The position numbers were made by a program, and so were the translations under genes. From Phoronis australis (lineage: Eukaryota; Animalia; Phoronida): 57,511 nucleotides of DNA. Under the pieces are notes generated by a model. That model did no database searches, was not told the origin of the DNA, and worked only from the letters and a program-made list of their open reading frames with translations. The stretch is from the NCBI GenBank assembly GCA_002633005.1, contig NMRA01000252.1, positions 172,267 through 229,777 on the forward strand. Direction: 5' to 3'. This document shows, one piece after another, positions 25,364 to 38,799 of this stretch (positions are counted from its first letter, which is position 1; each line of letters starts with the position of its first letter).

Positions 25364-28300
25364 ATGATTGACACCAACCCCCAGTAAATGGTACACAATA
25401 CATGGGTAAAAAAATAAAACAATCGAACTGGTATGAAACGATATGGCAACTAGCCCGTATTCAATGGATATCATATAAGTAAATGTGCACACATGCGCAC
25501 ACATTTTGCGTTTTGACAATAGATTCGCGTCTTTCTTTAGATTTTGATAAAAACTTACTCAGGGTTTATCAGCTCTTTCACGCTGTTTGTTAAGATATTA
25601 ATTACAACAGTACCGTTTACTATAATTTTGATAGAAGGCAAGTCTTTTTGGTTAAGGTCGTTATAAAAAGGATATAGCAACAAAACATGAATTTCAATAG
25701 GACCGTCCTTAAATACACGCCCACTGAAGTCTCGCTTGTCGCGGAGATAAGAATTCGCGTGACCTCGTTTTGGAAATCAGGCACATATTTGTGTCTCTTT
25801 TTGATGCCGTAAATGCGAAGAGTTTCAGTTCACACATCCAGGGGAATTTGTCAAGTTTATCAAACTTTTTCACGTCGGAGTTGCAGCCCAAAGTACAGAA
25901 GCAACACTTTTTTAGCATAGGAGGAATGAAGAGTAATGTAATCGAGAAATCAATGTAAAGAATCAAACAGCAAATAACATGTGAAACTCCAGTGGCACGA
26001 AAACGAGGCAGCAAATGTGCCTGACGGATGTTTATGACATTGTGACAAGATTCGAGCGTCGCTGTGGAATCCGGGACGCACTATTCCAATGACATTTTAG
26101 TTTCAACAAATGCACACCCATTTATCTGTAAAACTTTTACGACTTGTTCAGCGATCGTGCTGTTGCTTTTATCGGTGAGTCTGTCATATTTATGTTGTTG
26201 TAGGACGTCTCAAGAACTGAGATAACTTACGGAATGAAGAGTTCGGAAATGGTGAATTCCGTGTCCAATATTGACTACTTTTTTGCCTGTGCGTCACAGT
26301 GGACGTCACCAAAGGTGAAGGTCGCGTGTCCAAAACTACTTAATATATAAGGCGCTTCAATTACATGTACAGCATAAGCTACAGGACGTCAAAACATCAA
26401 AGGCTCCATGCACCTCCAAAGTAGCGTGTCGTTGTTTATACACACCACTGTATTTTGAATGTTCTGTCAACTCTTTGGCTGGTGCCGGGGTCTAATGTTC
26501 GTACTCGAAATCTTACTCGAAATTAATTTTGACATTTCTGTTTTACTTTTGTGCAAACTCAAGATAAGTGTCCATTAGTCTGTTTTCCAGTACGATTACG
26601 GTTTAAGTATACGAGTTTCTAGTACAAGTTCGCCTTTGGTGACCCCAAGATTCGAAATACAATGTTGAGTAAAACTAGAAATTCAGAGTTCAGACATGAG
26701 CTTCAAGTTTAAATTCTGGGCTTTTCAAAGGCAAACTAGGATTATAAAGGTATCCATGTAGGCCGTTATGTACGTGCAGAAATTGTAGATGCTCATCTTG
26801 AGTTTGCACGAAAGAAAAATAGAAAACTCGAACAATAATTTCAAATAAAAACAGTAGACCCTGGGCCCTGGTGTGATTTCGGATGTACAGTATTCGTCGG
26901 TCTCAGCATCAGTCTTCAAATGGCTGCATGTCCAGCACTTTTTTCAAATGTCGGTAATAAATCTATAACAAGCTTCACTGGCCGACCCACAGTGATGGAA
27001 AATAACTTCGTGCCACGGGAAACCTCCATCCATAGCTAATACGTTTACTTTACGTCCCCACCTATCGTACGCGCATCTGCCATCATCTTCTTATCACTGA
27101 TGTCGAGTGTCTTGCGCATTCTTCAAACGGATTTATAAGGGCACTAGGTACTACCACTAGGAACGCCACGTTATCCAACCCTCCCCTCTTCAAGACTCCA
27201 ATGTGTCTCTTGCCTTTGACAGACAATACGTTCGATTTCAATAATTCACTTCTGGTTAGTTGACAACAGCACGATATTGGGACGGAGTGTCGTAATTGCT
27301 TAATCTGGAAGGAATAGTTTCCGCGGTGGGCCATCTCTCATTTTCCTTTCAACACTGTTCAGAATTTAGGGATCCTGAGGTTTGGTTCATGGAAAGTGGC
27401 TGACGACTGAAAATAAGTCTTCCACCAGTCTCACGATTGTGGAATAAAGGTTTGTTCACGTACATGTCCGTGACTACAACACCGTCGAAACATCTTAGTA
27501 ACTTAGCAGGAAGACATTATCAGGAAGGTAACTGACGCTTTTGGTCTCTTTCCACGGAAAAACAATTGGTGTCATCGGAAAGAGTAAATCTTTTTCTATA
27601 GAATGATATCAATTAGCTATCTTCATGTCTACAAACAGCGGCATAATTATTCATTGAAAATGACGAATTCAGAGCACGCAATCACAATTTCCTACATGCA
27701 CTGGTATTTTACGAGTGAGCCGTGAAATATAAATGGCGTAGCAGTCACCTAACACCTCATTAGCTTATCTTTGGAATAAACACAAACAGACACACGCCCA
27801 CCCACAATTGCTCACACGCACACACATACATACATGTATTAGAATATTAGAAATGAGGTGGTAGTTTTTCCTTGTTTTTGTAATTAAGCGAGTCGATTCG
27901 GCAAGTTTGAAAGCCAAAAGCAGAAAAAACAACCCGACCAAATCAAATCAAAGACCTACCAATGTTACAACTGTCGTTTCCGGCAAAACGTAATCGTCTC
28001 GTCTGCTCTTCAGTGAATAGCAGATTCAAGCTTTTTGGGAGAGTACAAGGAAGCGACGAATATGTAATTTCTTCAGTAAATACAGTTTGAAAACTGTTAA
28101 ATAAAAAGTATATGAACGTTATATGGGGTAGTGTATATTGTGAACGAGTATACAACAGAAAACAAACTAAAAATGTGAAATTATGTCTATTGACGTTAAC
28201 GTACTCTCTTCCTAAGTAGTTCCGGGCCATTGGTAGCCGCTCGTGGAACTATTTCCGTTTTTTTCCCTATTTCAGATCACGTTCTTATGCCACTTTCTGT

Positions 28301-30694
28301 TTTTAACCATCAGACTTTTCAGGCAGAGCAGATTCGCGAGTAGGTAAGTCTTATAGGAAAGTCATTCAGCGACGTAATATAAGTATCGCCAGTCCGCCAG
28401 ATGTCGTTTCGCTGTAGTCAGCGCCCTCTCTCTCTGTGCCGTCTGCCATTTTGTTCTGGTGCCGTTCATTCTATTTAGCTCTCAATAAACCTTAGTGTTT
28501 CGTCCAAAGTTGTTCGTTGTGCATACGCATTGCCTTCTGGCTTATGAAATGTATAAAGCGCAACTTCTATTGCCGAACGTCGTGGGTTGAGGGGGTTGTG
28601 TATCGAGGGGGTGGTTGGATATGGGGGTCGACTGGTCGAGGGGGGGGGGTTTAGAACAAACCCCTTTGACTTCGGTATGACAAACGGTCTGAATCACCAT
28701 TTTAGTCTAGGGTAACTATGAAGGTGTGTAAAACGTAATTTAAAATTGAAAAATTCAAAGCAAGGGACTGGGCACGACAGTTAAAAGTATGAGATTTCAT
28801 TTTCCAGACACTCGGAAAGGGAGTATCCTATTCCCAGTTGCGTATCTCATCAAAAGTAGTCAATTACCCCCGAAGCCTTCACTACCTTTATTGACTGTGC
28901 CACGCATGAGGTCATGTGGACGGTTGCACGAAACAGTCCCAAATAGTGACTCAACTAAAGTCTCTTAAGTCTTTTTGTGTATTTGAGTCTTTATAGGCTA
29001 ACAGATGAAATATGTTTCTATCATTTCATCTTGATTATGAACTGCTCTTTGAGTGCTGACGTTTTCTAATAATATAACTAAAAATCGAACCCAGAGTTCA
29101 TTGAAAATACATGTAATTAGGGACTGAGTCCTTAAATTGGGGGTGTTGCATGAAAAGGTCACCCTGGTCTTCAAAGCAATCACTGGAGCTTCCTCTCTCT
29201 CCGTGTAATCCTCGATGCCGGCTGTACCCGTCTCAAACTACAGTTCAGCGTCTCACCCTAAATGTCTTTAACAAATTATGCCATTTCATCACTTTGAGTC
29301 TTCTCAAAATCATCTGTCAAGTCACTCGCTAACTGTTGTTTGAAACGCTTCAGTCAACGTCTGCGTCTCGTTTTGTGCTTTGGTGCGGGGGGAACAACAC
29401 TAACGGTGAAAGATATTGCACCGCCACCAGTTTGCGCCGTTTTCTTGTCAAGTCTCGTTAACTGCCTGAATTTTCCTGAACATTGCAGGCACAGGCCTTC
29501 TCGTTTAGACCGGTATACCAGAGCTTTTTTGGGCATGGTAACCAATTTTCTTTGGTGCCACAGTGCTCTGTAGGTATCCTGATGCTTGGAAATGGTCGTC
29601 TGGCAGGTTCACTTTGGTGGGTGTGGTCCGGGGAGCCAAGAGAATGACAGTAAAAAATTGAGCTAGATCAACTTTTCTAGTAACCACTTCAAACTGCCTT
29701 GGATGCCTCCTACATAATCCACTGTATCAAAATTGGTCACTGCCAGACAATTTCAGTGGTGGGGAGTATCAGCCAGACGGTTATCACCCCGGCCAACCCG
29801 TGATCGAGAACGACCGGAAAGCGATCGAGAACGAAACCGGTTGCGAGAAGCGAAGCCAGGCAAGGTGAGTAAATTTGATGAATTTACGTTGTTTTTACTT
29901 CCAATGTGAAAACAGAGACATGAGTTCAAGGCGTAACACATTGAGGAAGGGCAGGTAGAGGTTTGGGCTGGTGTCTTTTCCAGTTATTGGAGATAAGTTA
30001 CGTTGAACGAGGCATCGCTTGAGTCAAAGGGGATTCGTATGTTATTTTGGCAAATTGCGGTTATTTTTGGCACTAAATCAATAAATTGACCATGAAGTTA
30101 TGAAGAAGTGACTAGTGAAAATATAACACAACGCTTGTTTTTCGTAGTTTTGTCAGGATCTCTGATTTTTCGACACTTTTCTGTTTAAAGATGCGATCGA
30201 GAACGCAAAGATAAGCGATCGGAAACAAATTTTTGTAGTGTTTATGCGATCGAGAACGCATCGTGGTGTGCCGAAGAGTTATGGACTTTTTACTTATAAA
30301 ACAGGAACAGGGTTACAAAATAAGTGTGGTACAATGAATTAATCACATTTTGAGTCATTACTGTTACTTTCGTTTCCAAACTAAACAATATCACAGCATT
30401 ACCCTTACATTAAAATGAGCGACTACATGTACATCAAGCCCTATTTTAATTATAGATATTTTCACAAATGAATTTATTTTCATTTCAGGAAACACGTTCA
30501 CTGTTATTATTGTGAGGCGAGCTCCAACGAACAGATTGATCAGGGCGTGAAAGTACACCCTACCAGGGTTTTGGAATACAAGTACTTTTAGACGAAACCA
30601 AGTGGAACAAGGGGTTCTAAACTAAGACTCACCCAGCAATTGTCCCATGTGGCGTGTAAGCCAGGAGTAAACAAATTGTTGATGCAGATGAAAG

Positions 30695-31004
30695 CAGTGA
30701 CGGATTTAGGAGGGGGGTTGTCAAGGGGGCCATGCCCTGTAAAATTCTCTCAGATATCATTTGGCAGTCCGGGGTGCGAATTGCCGACTAGCATATGCGC
30801 GCACCCAAGTGGGCTCGAGGGGTTAATGCGCAATTCATAGGCCTTGAACAAACCCCGTGTACCTTTTTTTAGTAATAAGGTCCACAAACCCAAAAATTCG
30901 AGGCCCCTGCATCCCTACACATTAGGCTGGGCGCGCGCATGTGGCAAAATTCTGACTATTCCTGTGCCCTGCCCCCCTAACTCAAAATCCTGGATCCGCC
31001 CCTG
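30695..31004. mobile_element. MITE of the CAG(G/T)GGCGGATC family nested in the CAC element
   Basis: Ends CAGTGACGGATTTAGGA / TCCTGGATCCGCCCCTG, flanked by the direct repeat GAAAG (30690-30694, 31005-31009). Confidence 0.75.
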
Positions 31005-32119
31005 GAAAGTGAGTGCCGAATCTTCTTGCAAGATTGTGACAGAAAAAGGGAAAAAATAACAAATACGCCAGTGAAGTTAACGAATGATGATAAGCGTGCC
31101 TGTGGGGAGCAAGAAGAGTGCGGCAACACCATTCGTGAAGTGATTCAAAGATTACCGCTCATGAACGTCTGGGATTTAAAAAAATGCTAGAAATAGTGTT
31201 AACTGTTTTGCTGATAAAACTGGTGATATTTTCTTGGATGTTTTACTGATATTATCGATACAGTGATGAACAGATTGACTTGTGGCACTTGTGTGGCTTG
31301 GATATACAACATATGTTTGACTCTTCTGTTTTGAAGTATTGGTCCTGAGTGCATCTTCATTTCATGATCTCCTGTTTAACATGACATTGAAAAAGAGCGA
31401 CGCCAAGATATAATACACCTACTATATTGGGATTTTCTCAAAAACGTAGTTAAAATGTTGTCTTTAACATCACATCAAGACACAACGTAGTGATTACACA
31501 GGAAATCAACAACAATATTAAAGCAATTCTATAATATTAGTAATTTTTTATCACGCATACCTCAAAATTGGTTATACGGAAAAAAGATATAAAACATTGC
31601 TTTAGGGAAATCAACATAACACATCCAGTGTACATTTCCTGTGAATTATTTTTGGAGTGTATTAGACTAAATCATCACTGAATCATAGACAATCTATTTC
31701 GGACCGGTTCATAGTAAAAAATTCTCTCACAGGGAATCAACAACAATATGAAAAAAGTTTCTACAGTTATGGCAGACATATAGTTTTTTCTTAAAATACT
31801 AATTGGTCTTAACAATTGTATGTAAGAATCACCCAATGACACATAGAGTGGCCATTTAAATGTACCCAAACACAACAAAAATGCACTGGTTCTGTTAAAG
31901 ATGCTGCTGAAATAACACAGATAGGAAAAAGGTTCAAAACAAAACGTCAAAATACTATCACATCAGACAACTACCAACCATAAACTCTGTAAATCTGAAT
32001 AAAGTTTCGTAAATTAACAACTTTCACTACTGGACTGAATAATTTTATTCATGGTGATTCTGATTCTCATGTCTGTAGAAGGAGGCATACTCTTTGCATG
32101 ACACATTCACAACTTACAA

Positions 32120-32460
32120 CAAGGAGTGTCCTCAGGCTTACTCTTTCTGTGAAACATTGTTCGCAGATAGGGCACTGAAACAACTTGGTTCCTGAGCACT
32201 ATGCTTCATATTGTGTTTCCTTATACAATAAAAAATTCTTGCCCTATGCAACACGGGGCTCGTAAAGGTCTTGCTTGCAACTAGTGAGTGACACTGTGTT
32301 TTATTGTCATGTGGTTATACAAAAAGGGTTTCTTCCTGAACGAAGCTCCACAACATATATGCATACACAGCCCTTTGTCACATGCAGCAGTTGTGCTACC
32401 GGTACTCTTTTTTGAAGGCTTGTGTGTTAACACTCTGAAGGACTCCTCATGCGGCTACAG
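32120..32460 (-). pseudogene. Decayed C2H2 zinc-finger-like coding remnant inside the CAC element
   Basis: Minus-strand translations HICCGASFRKKPFLYNHMTIKH and FQCPICEQCFTE. Confidence 0.45.
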
Positions 32461-34434
32461 TTCAACTGAAAAATCAAACGCATTTAATCACATTTGTGAG
32501 GCTAAATCTCACACAGAAATCATAAAAAACGGTGAAAGTGTAACAAACAATTGACCTGTCAACTACTTCATGGTCGTATTATTCTAAAATTATTGATATA
32601 ACACCGTTACTTGAACAATTATTCAGGAAAATGCACAGAAAAAAACGTGCGTTCACGATCGCATTTTTGCATTCACGATCGCCATGGAGAATTAACAGCT
32701 TCGTTCCCGATCGTCGTATCACACAAGGACCTGCTTGTATCGGTAGATAGCTCGAATTGTTTCATAAATTATAACTAACAAAGGTGTCACCAGGGACAAT
32801 TTAACTATAAACGTCACACGTGTCCACTGAAGAACCCAGAAATTGCTCATAACAAGTAGAAATTGACGAATTTACGAGACGCAAGTCATTTTACCGAAAG
32901 CCATTGCATTCTGCGGTCTCTATTTCAAAAAATAGCAAAAGCCAAGTATTATTTCAGATCCACAACAAAGGCTAAGCTCTGACGCTTTTCGATGTGTCGC
33001 ACCGGTACCAAAGCTCTATTTAAGAAGAAAATGACACTTAAACTCACAGGGTACTTCACTGCCGTCTGTCATTTTTGGTGTAAGGTCTCGTTCTCGATCG
33101 CCTTCCGGGCGTTCTCGATCGCGGGTTGGCCGGGGTGGTTATGAACAAGGTAAAAAAATTGAGGTAGATCAATCCAAGAGGCAACCGCTTGAAAAAAGTT
33201 GCAAAATATTCACAGTGAGCCCAGGTATCACGAATGAACACTGCTAGACAAATCTAGTGGTGGGTTAACCCCGCCACACATGCCCAAATACCCGAGTTGA
33301 GCTAGACCAATCCATCAGGTAACCGTTTGAAACCAATTGCACGATGTTCAGCATCACTGTACATAGCACAACTGACAATTTCAGTGGTGGGGTGCCCCTG
33401 CCAGACGATTATCAAAAAGGGTTAAAAATTGACCTAGATCAACCCAAGAGGTAGCATGCAGGGGCTTGGTCGATGCAGGGTCGACTTTTTATTAGACGCC
33501 CCTATCTCTACTCAAATGCATTTATCCTATTCAGGCCCGTAGCCAGCATTGAGCTGGGGTGGTTTGAATTTCAAGAAGGTGGTTGAACCTTTGGTATTTT
33601 GCAAACGTCGACACTGTAAGGCCTTTGACTCAGCTTAATTAGGAGGAAGAGAACATTCTCGCATTATTTTCTGCCTAAGTTTCAAATCAGCCATGCTTAA
33701 ATGAGTGATTACACCTCATTGCATACTCAGAAGGAAATATGAAATTTAGTCTGTGAATGACTTACCAAAATTGTTTGTCTGGTTGTATTTTAGTGTGTTA
33801 CTTAAGTTGCTTACATCGCTGGAAATGGGAACATACCACTATTTCAAAGGTTTAATACTCGTAAGGTTCACTATTCCGAAGATACACTAGTTTGACAATT
33901 CACCACTCCAAAGATTCACCGCTTCAAAAATATTTAAACTTTCAAACTCAGATGTGATTTTTAAACTTTTCATGCAAAAATTAACGATATTTCGGTTATT
34001 AGATGCACCTATACCGAAAACAACACCCGGACACTTGGTTTGGATTCCATGTGACCACCGTATCCAGCAGGCCAGCACAACTAGAAAGCTTAGTTAGATT
34101 TCATATGCATGCGAAATTGCCCGCATGTCTTAAAATGAGTACGCACTTGCATTTTAAAATGATATGAAGTAGGAATACTGATGCATTATCAACCATGACA
34201 CAATTCATCAAATCCGTGTCAAGATCGAATCGCAGCGCGACGCACGGCCAGGTCGAAACTAAATGAAGTTAGAAGGGCACACTCTCCCTGCCACTTCTCA
34301 CAAAATCATGAAGTCCCATTTAGTCTTCTTAAATTTGAAACTGCCGTTGGTCACCGTAGCCGTGCCTCAGATGTTGTCTCTGCTTGAGAATGAGTCGTGA
34401 TCACACAATCACGGTAGAGAACTGTCGGAGTTTT

Positions 34435-34826
34435 GGGCCCAGTCTCGTATCTTTTTACTCGACATGGAATTCGAAATTATGTTTGGCATTTTTACTCTAC
34501 TTTTGTGCGAAGTCAAGAAGTGTCTATTAATCTAAGCTCGAGTACATAACGTGGACGATTTATTAGTCCTAGTTTGCAGTTGATACATCCATCATTAAAG
34601 CAAAACGTTCGAGTTTGAACTCGAAATGTCGAGTTTTTACTCGAGTTTGTAGCACGAATATCAGGATTTTCAAGTGCAAACTTGGACTATAAACTCATAT
34701 GCATGAACTATAATTATTCGAGCACAGTTTGATAACCACTTTTCTGGATTTAGCACAAAAGAAGCAGAAAAATTGCCAAAATTAATTTCGAGTTTGTTTC
34801 GAGCACAAAGATTAGAGACCGGGCCA
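34435..34826. mobile_element. MITE (~390 bp); partial relatives near 10595-10675, 14330-14575 and 26480-26720
   Basis: Inverted ends GGCCCAGTCTCGTATCTTTTTACTCGA / TCGAGCACAAAGATTAGAGACCGGGCC. The internal GAACTCGAAAT..GAGTTTT..CAAGTGCAAA.TTGGAC block recurs at 10597-10667. Confidence 0.6.
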
Positions 34827-35209
34827 TGGTTTTGGAATAGTGGAATTCAAAGTAGTGAATTTTAGAAGATAACGAACCCTCGAAGTAATGATCAATCGGA
34901 GTACTGGACCTTCGGAGTATCGAACCCTCGACTCGTCATAGTGGCATGGAACCTTGGCAATCTTTTCCATCAAGTTCGTATCTCATATGAAGTCAGCAGG
35001 ATTGTGCACCATTGACATCGGTTGACAACAGAAGAATTTCATTGGCCAAAGGTGGGGTCTGAATAACATAAATTTGAATTTTTGGCGATCACTTACAATT
35101 CAAGATTTGAAAATGCCTACACCTCTACCGTACTGTGGTTGCAGTTAAAACCAAAATAGTAGAATAACAAATCTCAGTTTTCTGCTGTTTTGTTTCTTGG
35201 CGAGTTTAA

Positions 35210-35478
35210 AGGCTAATGCCACCCGATTTAATTAGTCTTTTTTACCGTCTTAATCGGTCTGGGGCCACATCGGCTCGTACACGGTCGACCTTACCTTGCC
35301 GAGAGGTGTCGCGTTAGCCTGTGAGGAAGGTGAGAAAGTCCGCAGCGACGTCAGTGGTTCGTATGCAGAGTGAATTCCGCCATGGTGTGGTGTGTCGTTC
35401 CTGCCTGTTCGAACTATGAAGCGGCGAGGAAAGCGGGTACATCGTTTTTTCGATTTCCTCGAGAGCCCGAAATGCTTC
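35210..35478 (+). mobile_element. Left end of a Kolobok-like transposon with THAP start, cut by the assembly gap
   Basis: TTAA|AGGCTAATGCCACCCG terminus; MVWCVVPACSN...FFRFPREPEML THAP N-terminus. Homologous to 22300-22704. Confidence 0.75.
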
Positions 35479-35673
35479 NNNNNNNNNNNNNNNNNNNNNN
35501 NNNNNNNNNNNNNNNNNNNNNNNNNNNNNNNNNNNNNNNNNNNNNNNNNNNNNNNNNNNNNNNNNNNNNNNNNNNNNNNNNNNNNNNNNNNNNNNNNNNN
35601 NNNNNNNNNNNNNNNNNNNNNNNNNNNNNNNNNNNNNNNNNNNNNNNNNNNNNNNNNNNNNNNNNNNNNNNNN
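35479..35673. other. Assembly gap (195 N)
   Basis: Run of N. Confidence 1.
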
Positions 35674-36119
35674 CCCCCCCCCCCCGCTACGGCCTGTACC
35701 ATTAATGATGAAAGTAAAAAGGTGAAGCATAAAGTAGAATTTTTAATTAATTTAAATGCAACCCCCTCCCCCAATGTGGATGCCTGGGGCCGTCGCCACG
35801 GTGACTGAGCACCATAAAGAAAATCTGTGAATAATTAATGCAAACGTGTTTTATAAACACTATAAAGACAAAAATCGAACAGTTCCATTCCCCGCATGTC
35901 TGTCGTGCAAATGAAATGATAGTGAATCTAGCTAAACTGAAAAACTATGAGGACTCGTTATACCCATTAATTTTGAATAACATGTTCGCAACATGAACGG
36001 AATGTTTTATCTACGTTACAGCTTTGATAGTTTCCACGAAATCTAACACGACCATACGTACCCAATATCAGGTGCCGCAGAGGTGTTTTCAGCCTTTTTG
36101 GAGAACACCATACCAAACA

Positions 36120-36420
36120 TAAAAATACGGACTGTTCCAAAGAGAGGTCAACAGCCGATCTATTGAAGTTTTTCCTCGTACGTAGCACTGAGAACGCGCC
36201 GTTTTCCAGCGCTTCACGCAATATTGGGTCTGCGAATTTCAACATTTGGTAAAACAATGTTCCCCATTTGGCGTAGTTTGGGCGGTTCAGGGCAAAGAAT
36301 ACATTTAGCACTAGTGGGGAAAATGTTGATATAACCGCTGGTGTCATTGTTCTTGACGCATCTCTGGAGTTCTGGTTTATGAGAAAGATAGGGATTGTCT
36401 AAAACTACTAAATTTTGCCA
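36120..36420 (-). pseudogene. DNA transposase fragment (Academ-like)
   Basis: FFALNRPNYAKW...GAFSVLRTRKNFNRSAVDLSLEQSV matches the FFAxxxxNYARW...GxFxVxRT..FS...D...EQ pattern I associate with Academ-type transposases (from memory, not searched). Confidence 0.6.
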
Positions 36421-36919
36421 TATGTGCCATTAATCACTGAGTGAAATGAATGGAGTTGGCGTGCATACGTAACGCAGGCGACAGCCAAAGACGGCATTTC
36501 AATTATTATTCGTTTTAGTATTGCATCAAATGACTCGTCCGAAAACAGAGGGACGCAGCTTAGACTGGTAAAATAGGACAACGAAAAATTGAAATTCGTG
36601 CAATCACATTGTGCTATCCGTCTAGGAAAGGTTTTTAGGTTTTGTTTTTAGTTGTGAATAATGTGGAGTATTCCACTGTTTTCGCATGGACTTGTGAGGT
36701 CGCTTCAACATCAGGCGGGATGTTTCTGGTTTTCATGCCCTGACGTAAACTTGGCGGACAAAAATCTTTCACCTTGTGTGGTACCTATGTCGTACGGACT
36801 CGGTGGCTTTATTAAAAATCGAAGTGTTCAGTTCCTCAATGTGATGCTTATTCATTTTGAATGGGCTTATAATCAATTTTGTTTCGAGTTTTTATTTGTC
36901 TGATTGGGGCATCTTACTT

Positions 36920-37853
36920 TTGTGCCACGTGCAGTGATGCTGAACATTGGACGATTGGTTCCAAACGGTTACCTGGTGGGTTGATTTAGCTCAACTCAGG
37001 TACTTGGGCGTGTCTGGCGGGGATAACCCACCACGAAATTTGTCTGGCAGTATTTATTCATGATACCTGGGCTTACGGCGAATATTTTGCAACTGGTTTC
37101 ATGCGGTTACCTCGTGGGTTGATCTAGCTCAACTCAGGCCTTTGGGCGTGTCTGGCGGGGCTAATTCACCCCTAGATTTCTCTGGCAGTGTTTATTCGTG
37201 ATACCAGGGCTTCCGGTGAATATTTTGGAAGTGGTTTCAAGCGGTTACCTCTTGGATTGAACAAGCTCAATTTTTAATCCTTTTTGGTAATCGTCTGGCA
37301 GGGGGGCCCCATCACTGAAATTGTCTGGCATCTAATAATTGTGCCATGTACAGTGATGCTGAACATCGTGCAATTGGTTTCAAACAGTTACCTGATGGAT
37401 TGATCTAGCTCAACCCGGGTATTTGGGCGTGTCTGAGGGGGCTAACCCACCACTAGATTTGTCTGGCAGTGTTCATTCGTGATACTTGGGCTCACGGTGA
37501 ATATTTTGCAACTGGTTTCACGCGGTTACCTCTTGGATTGACCTAGCTCATTTTTTGACTTTGTTCATAACCGTCTGGCTGATACTCCCCACCACTGAAA
37601 TTGTCTGGCAGTGACCAATTTTGGTGCAGTGGATTATGTAGGAGGCATCCAAGGCAGTTTGAAGTGGTTACCAGAAAAGTTGATCTAGCTCAATTTTTTA
37701 CTGTCATTCTCTTGGCTCCCCTGACCATACCCACCAAAGCTTACCACCTGCCAGACGGCCATTTCCAAGCATTAGGACACCTACAGAGCACTGTGGCACC
37801 AAAGAAAATTGGTTACCTTTCCATGTCTAAATAAGCTCTGGGATCCCGGTCTA
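36920..37853. repeat. ~140-bp periodic repeat forming the right arm of the Academ-like element
   Basis: GGTTACC anchor recurs at 36967, 37105, 37243, 37386, 37524, 37666 and 37811, usually followed by TTGATCTAGCTCAA-like sequence. Confidence 0.85.
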
Positions 37854-38653
37854 TTTCTCCTGCGCCAATAGTTTGCCAATGAATTCTTATCTGCTGTATT
37901 GAGAAACGTGAACTGTTGCACCTGGTTGGCCTGCTGTAGTCTATAAGTTGGATGCGGAACTAGAATCACTGCATTTACTACGTAAGCCAACGTGTAATTT
38001 CTTACTCATATAGAGTATATTAACCTGCGCGAAAGTCGTTCACTTCTGTCACATGGTGGCTCTCCATTTCTGTTTTAGGCAGTAGCGTGTTTCTGAATCG
38101 ATGTAAGTGTTACAGAACTGTTGTAAATGCCGACTCAGATCAATCTCGGAACCGGGAATCTAAACTAGGCCAGCAATGTATGCCTGTACGGTTGTACATG
38201 TATAAAAAGCGAGTTAAAAGGGGTCTGAAGGTAAATTGGTGATTTTCGACACCTCACTGTGGCCTCTTGGACTTGGACAGTTGCAGCCGATTTCACAAAG
38301 GTGGTTTTAAGTTAAACCTGGTTTAAACTGGATTTGGACCAAGGTTAAAGATAATCTGCATTACATAAAGGTGGTTTAACTTTTAGACCAGTGGTCTAGT
38401 ATAATCTGATTTAACTCCAGTTTAGACCTGCTCTAAGTAAGTTTTCCTTTCACCAAAGAGGTCTATCCTTTACACCTGTATTAAGATTTTAAACCAGGTT
38501 TAACTTTAGACTTAGTCAGACCCAGGTTTAGCTGTTAATAAATATGACCGATTTGCATGATATAGGTGCAACTGTATGATGCCGCGGTGTGCATTTACGA
38601 GGCAGTTTTAGAGCGGAAATGGACTATTTTCAATATTCAGTTTTACGACGACA

Positions 38654-38799
38654 CAGGGGTGGATCCAGGAATTTTAAGAGGGGGGTTTCGGTCATGGATT
38701 GTTTAAAAGGGGGACCAAGTCAACAATTTGAAAATTATAGATTTGATATCACTAAAATCAAGGGAAAAAGGGGGTCCGGACCCCTTGGATACGCCTATG
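38654..38799. mobile_element. Short MITE of the CAG(G/T)GGCGGATC family
   Basis: CAGGGGTGGATCCAGG ... CCTTGGATACGCCTATG inverted ends; TSD not preserved. Confidence 0.55.

Larger units (their letters stand above)
29785..33137. mobile_element. 3353-bp non-autonomous DNA transposon with 54-bp TIRs starting CAC and a 5-bp TSD (GTTAT)
   Basis: TIRs CACCCCGGCCAACCCGYGATCGAGAACG... match at 50/54. GTTAT at 29780-29784 and 33138-33142. The empty-site sequence CAGACG-GTTAT-GAACAA is present in the inverted arm at ~37561-37579. Confidence 0.93.
29506..37853. mobile_element. Academ-like DNA transposon remnant with long, internally repetitive inverted arms (left 29506-29784 + 33138-33453; right ~36920-37853)
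   Basis: Both outer ends read TAGACCGG inward. The left arm is the reverse complement of ~37245-37853. A transposase-like fragment lies at 36120-36420. An assembly gap falls inside, so the pairing of the arms is not certain. Confidence 0.55.

Noticed and set aside
27000-27720. Possible decayed transposase on the minus strand (SYLP-like motif), and BEN-like words near 45420-45480
   Set aside because: Too degraded to assign without a translated search.
29785-33137. ProtoRAG/RAG-like transposon
   Set aside because: No RAG1- or RAG2-like coding and no RSS-like heptamer/nonamer beyond CAC; only the end and TSD geometry fit.
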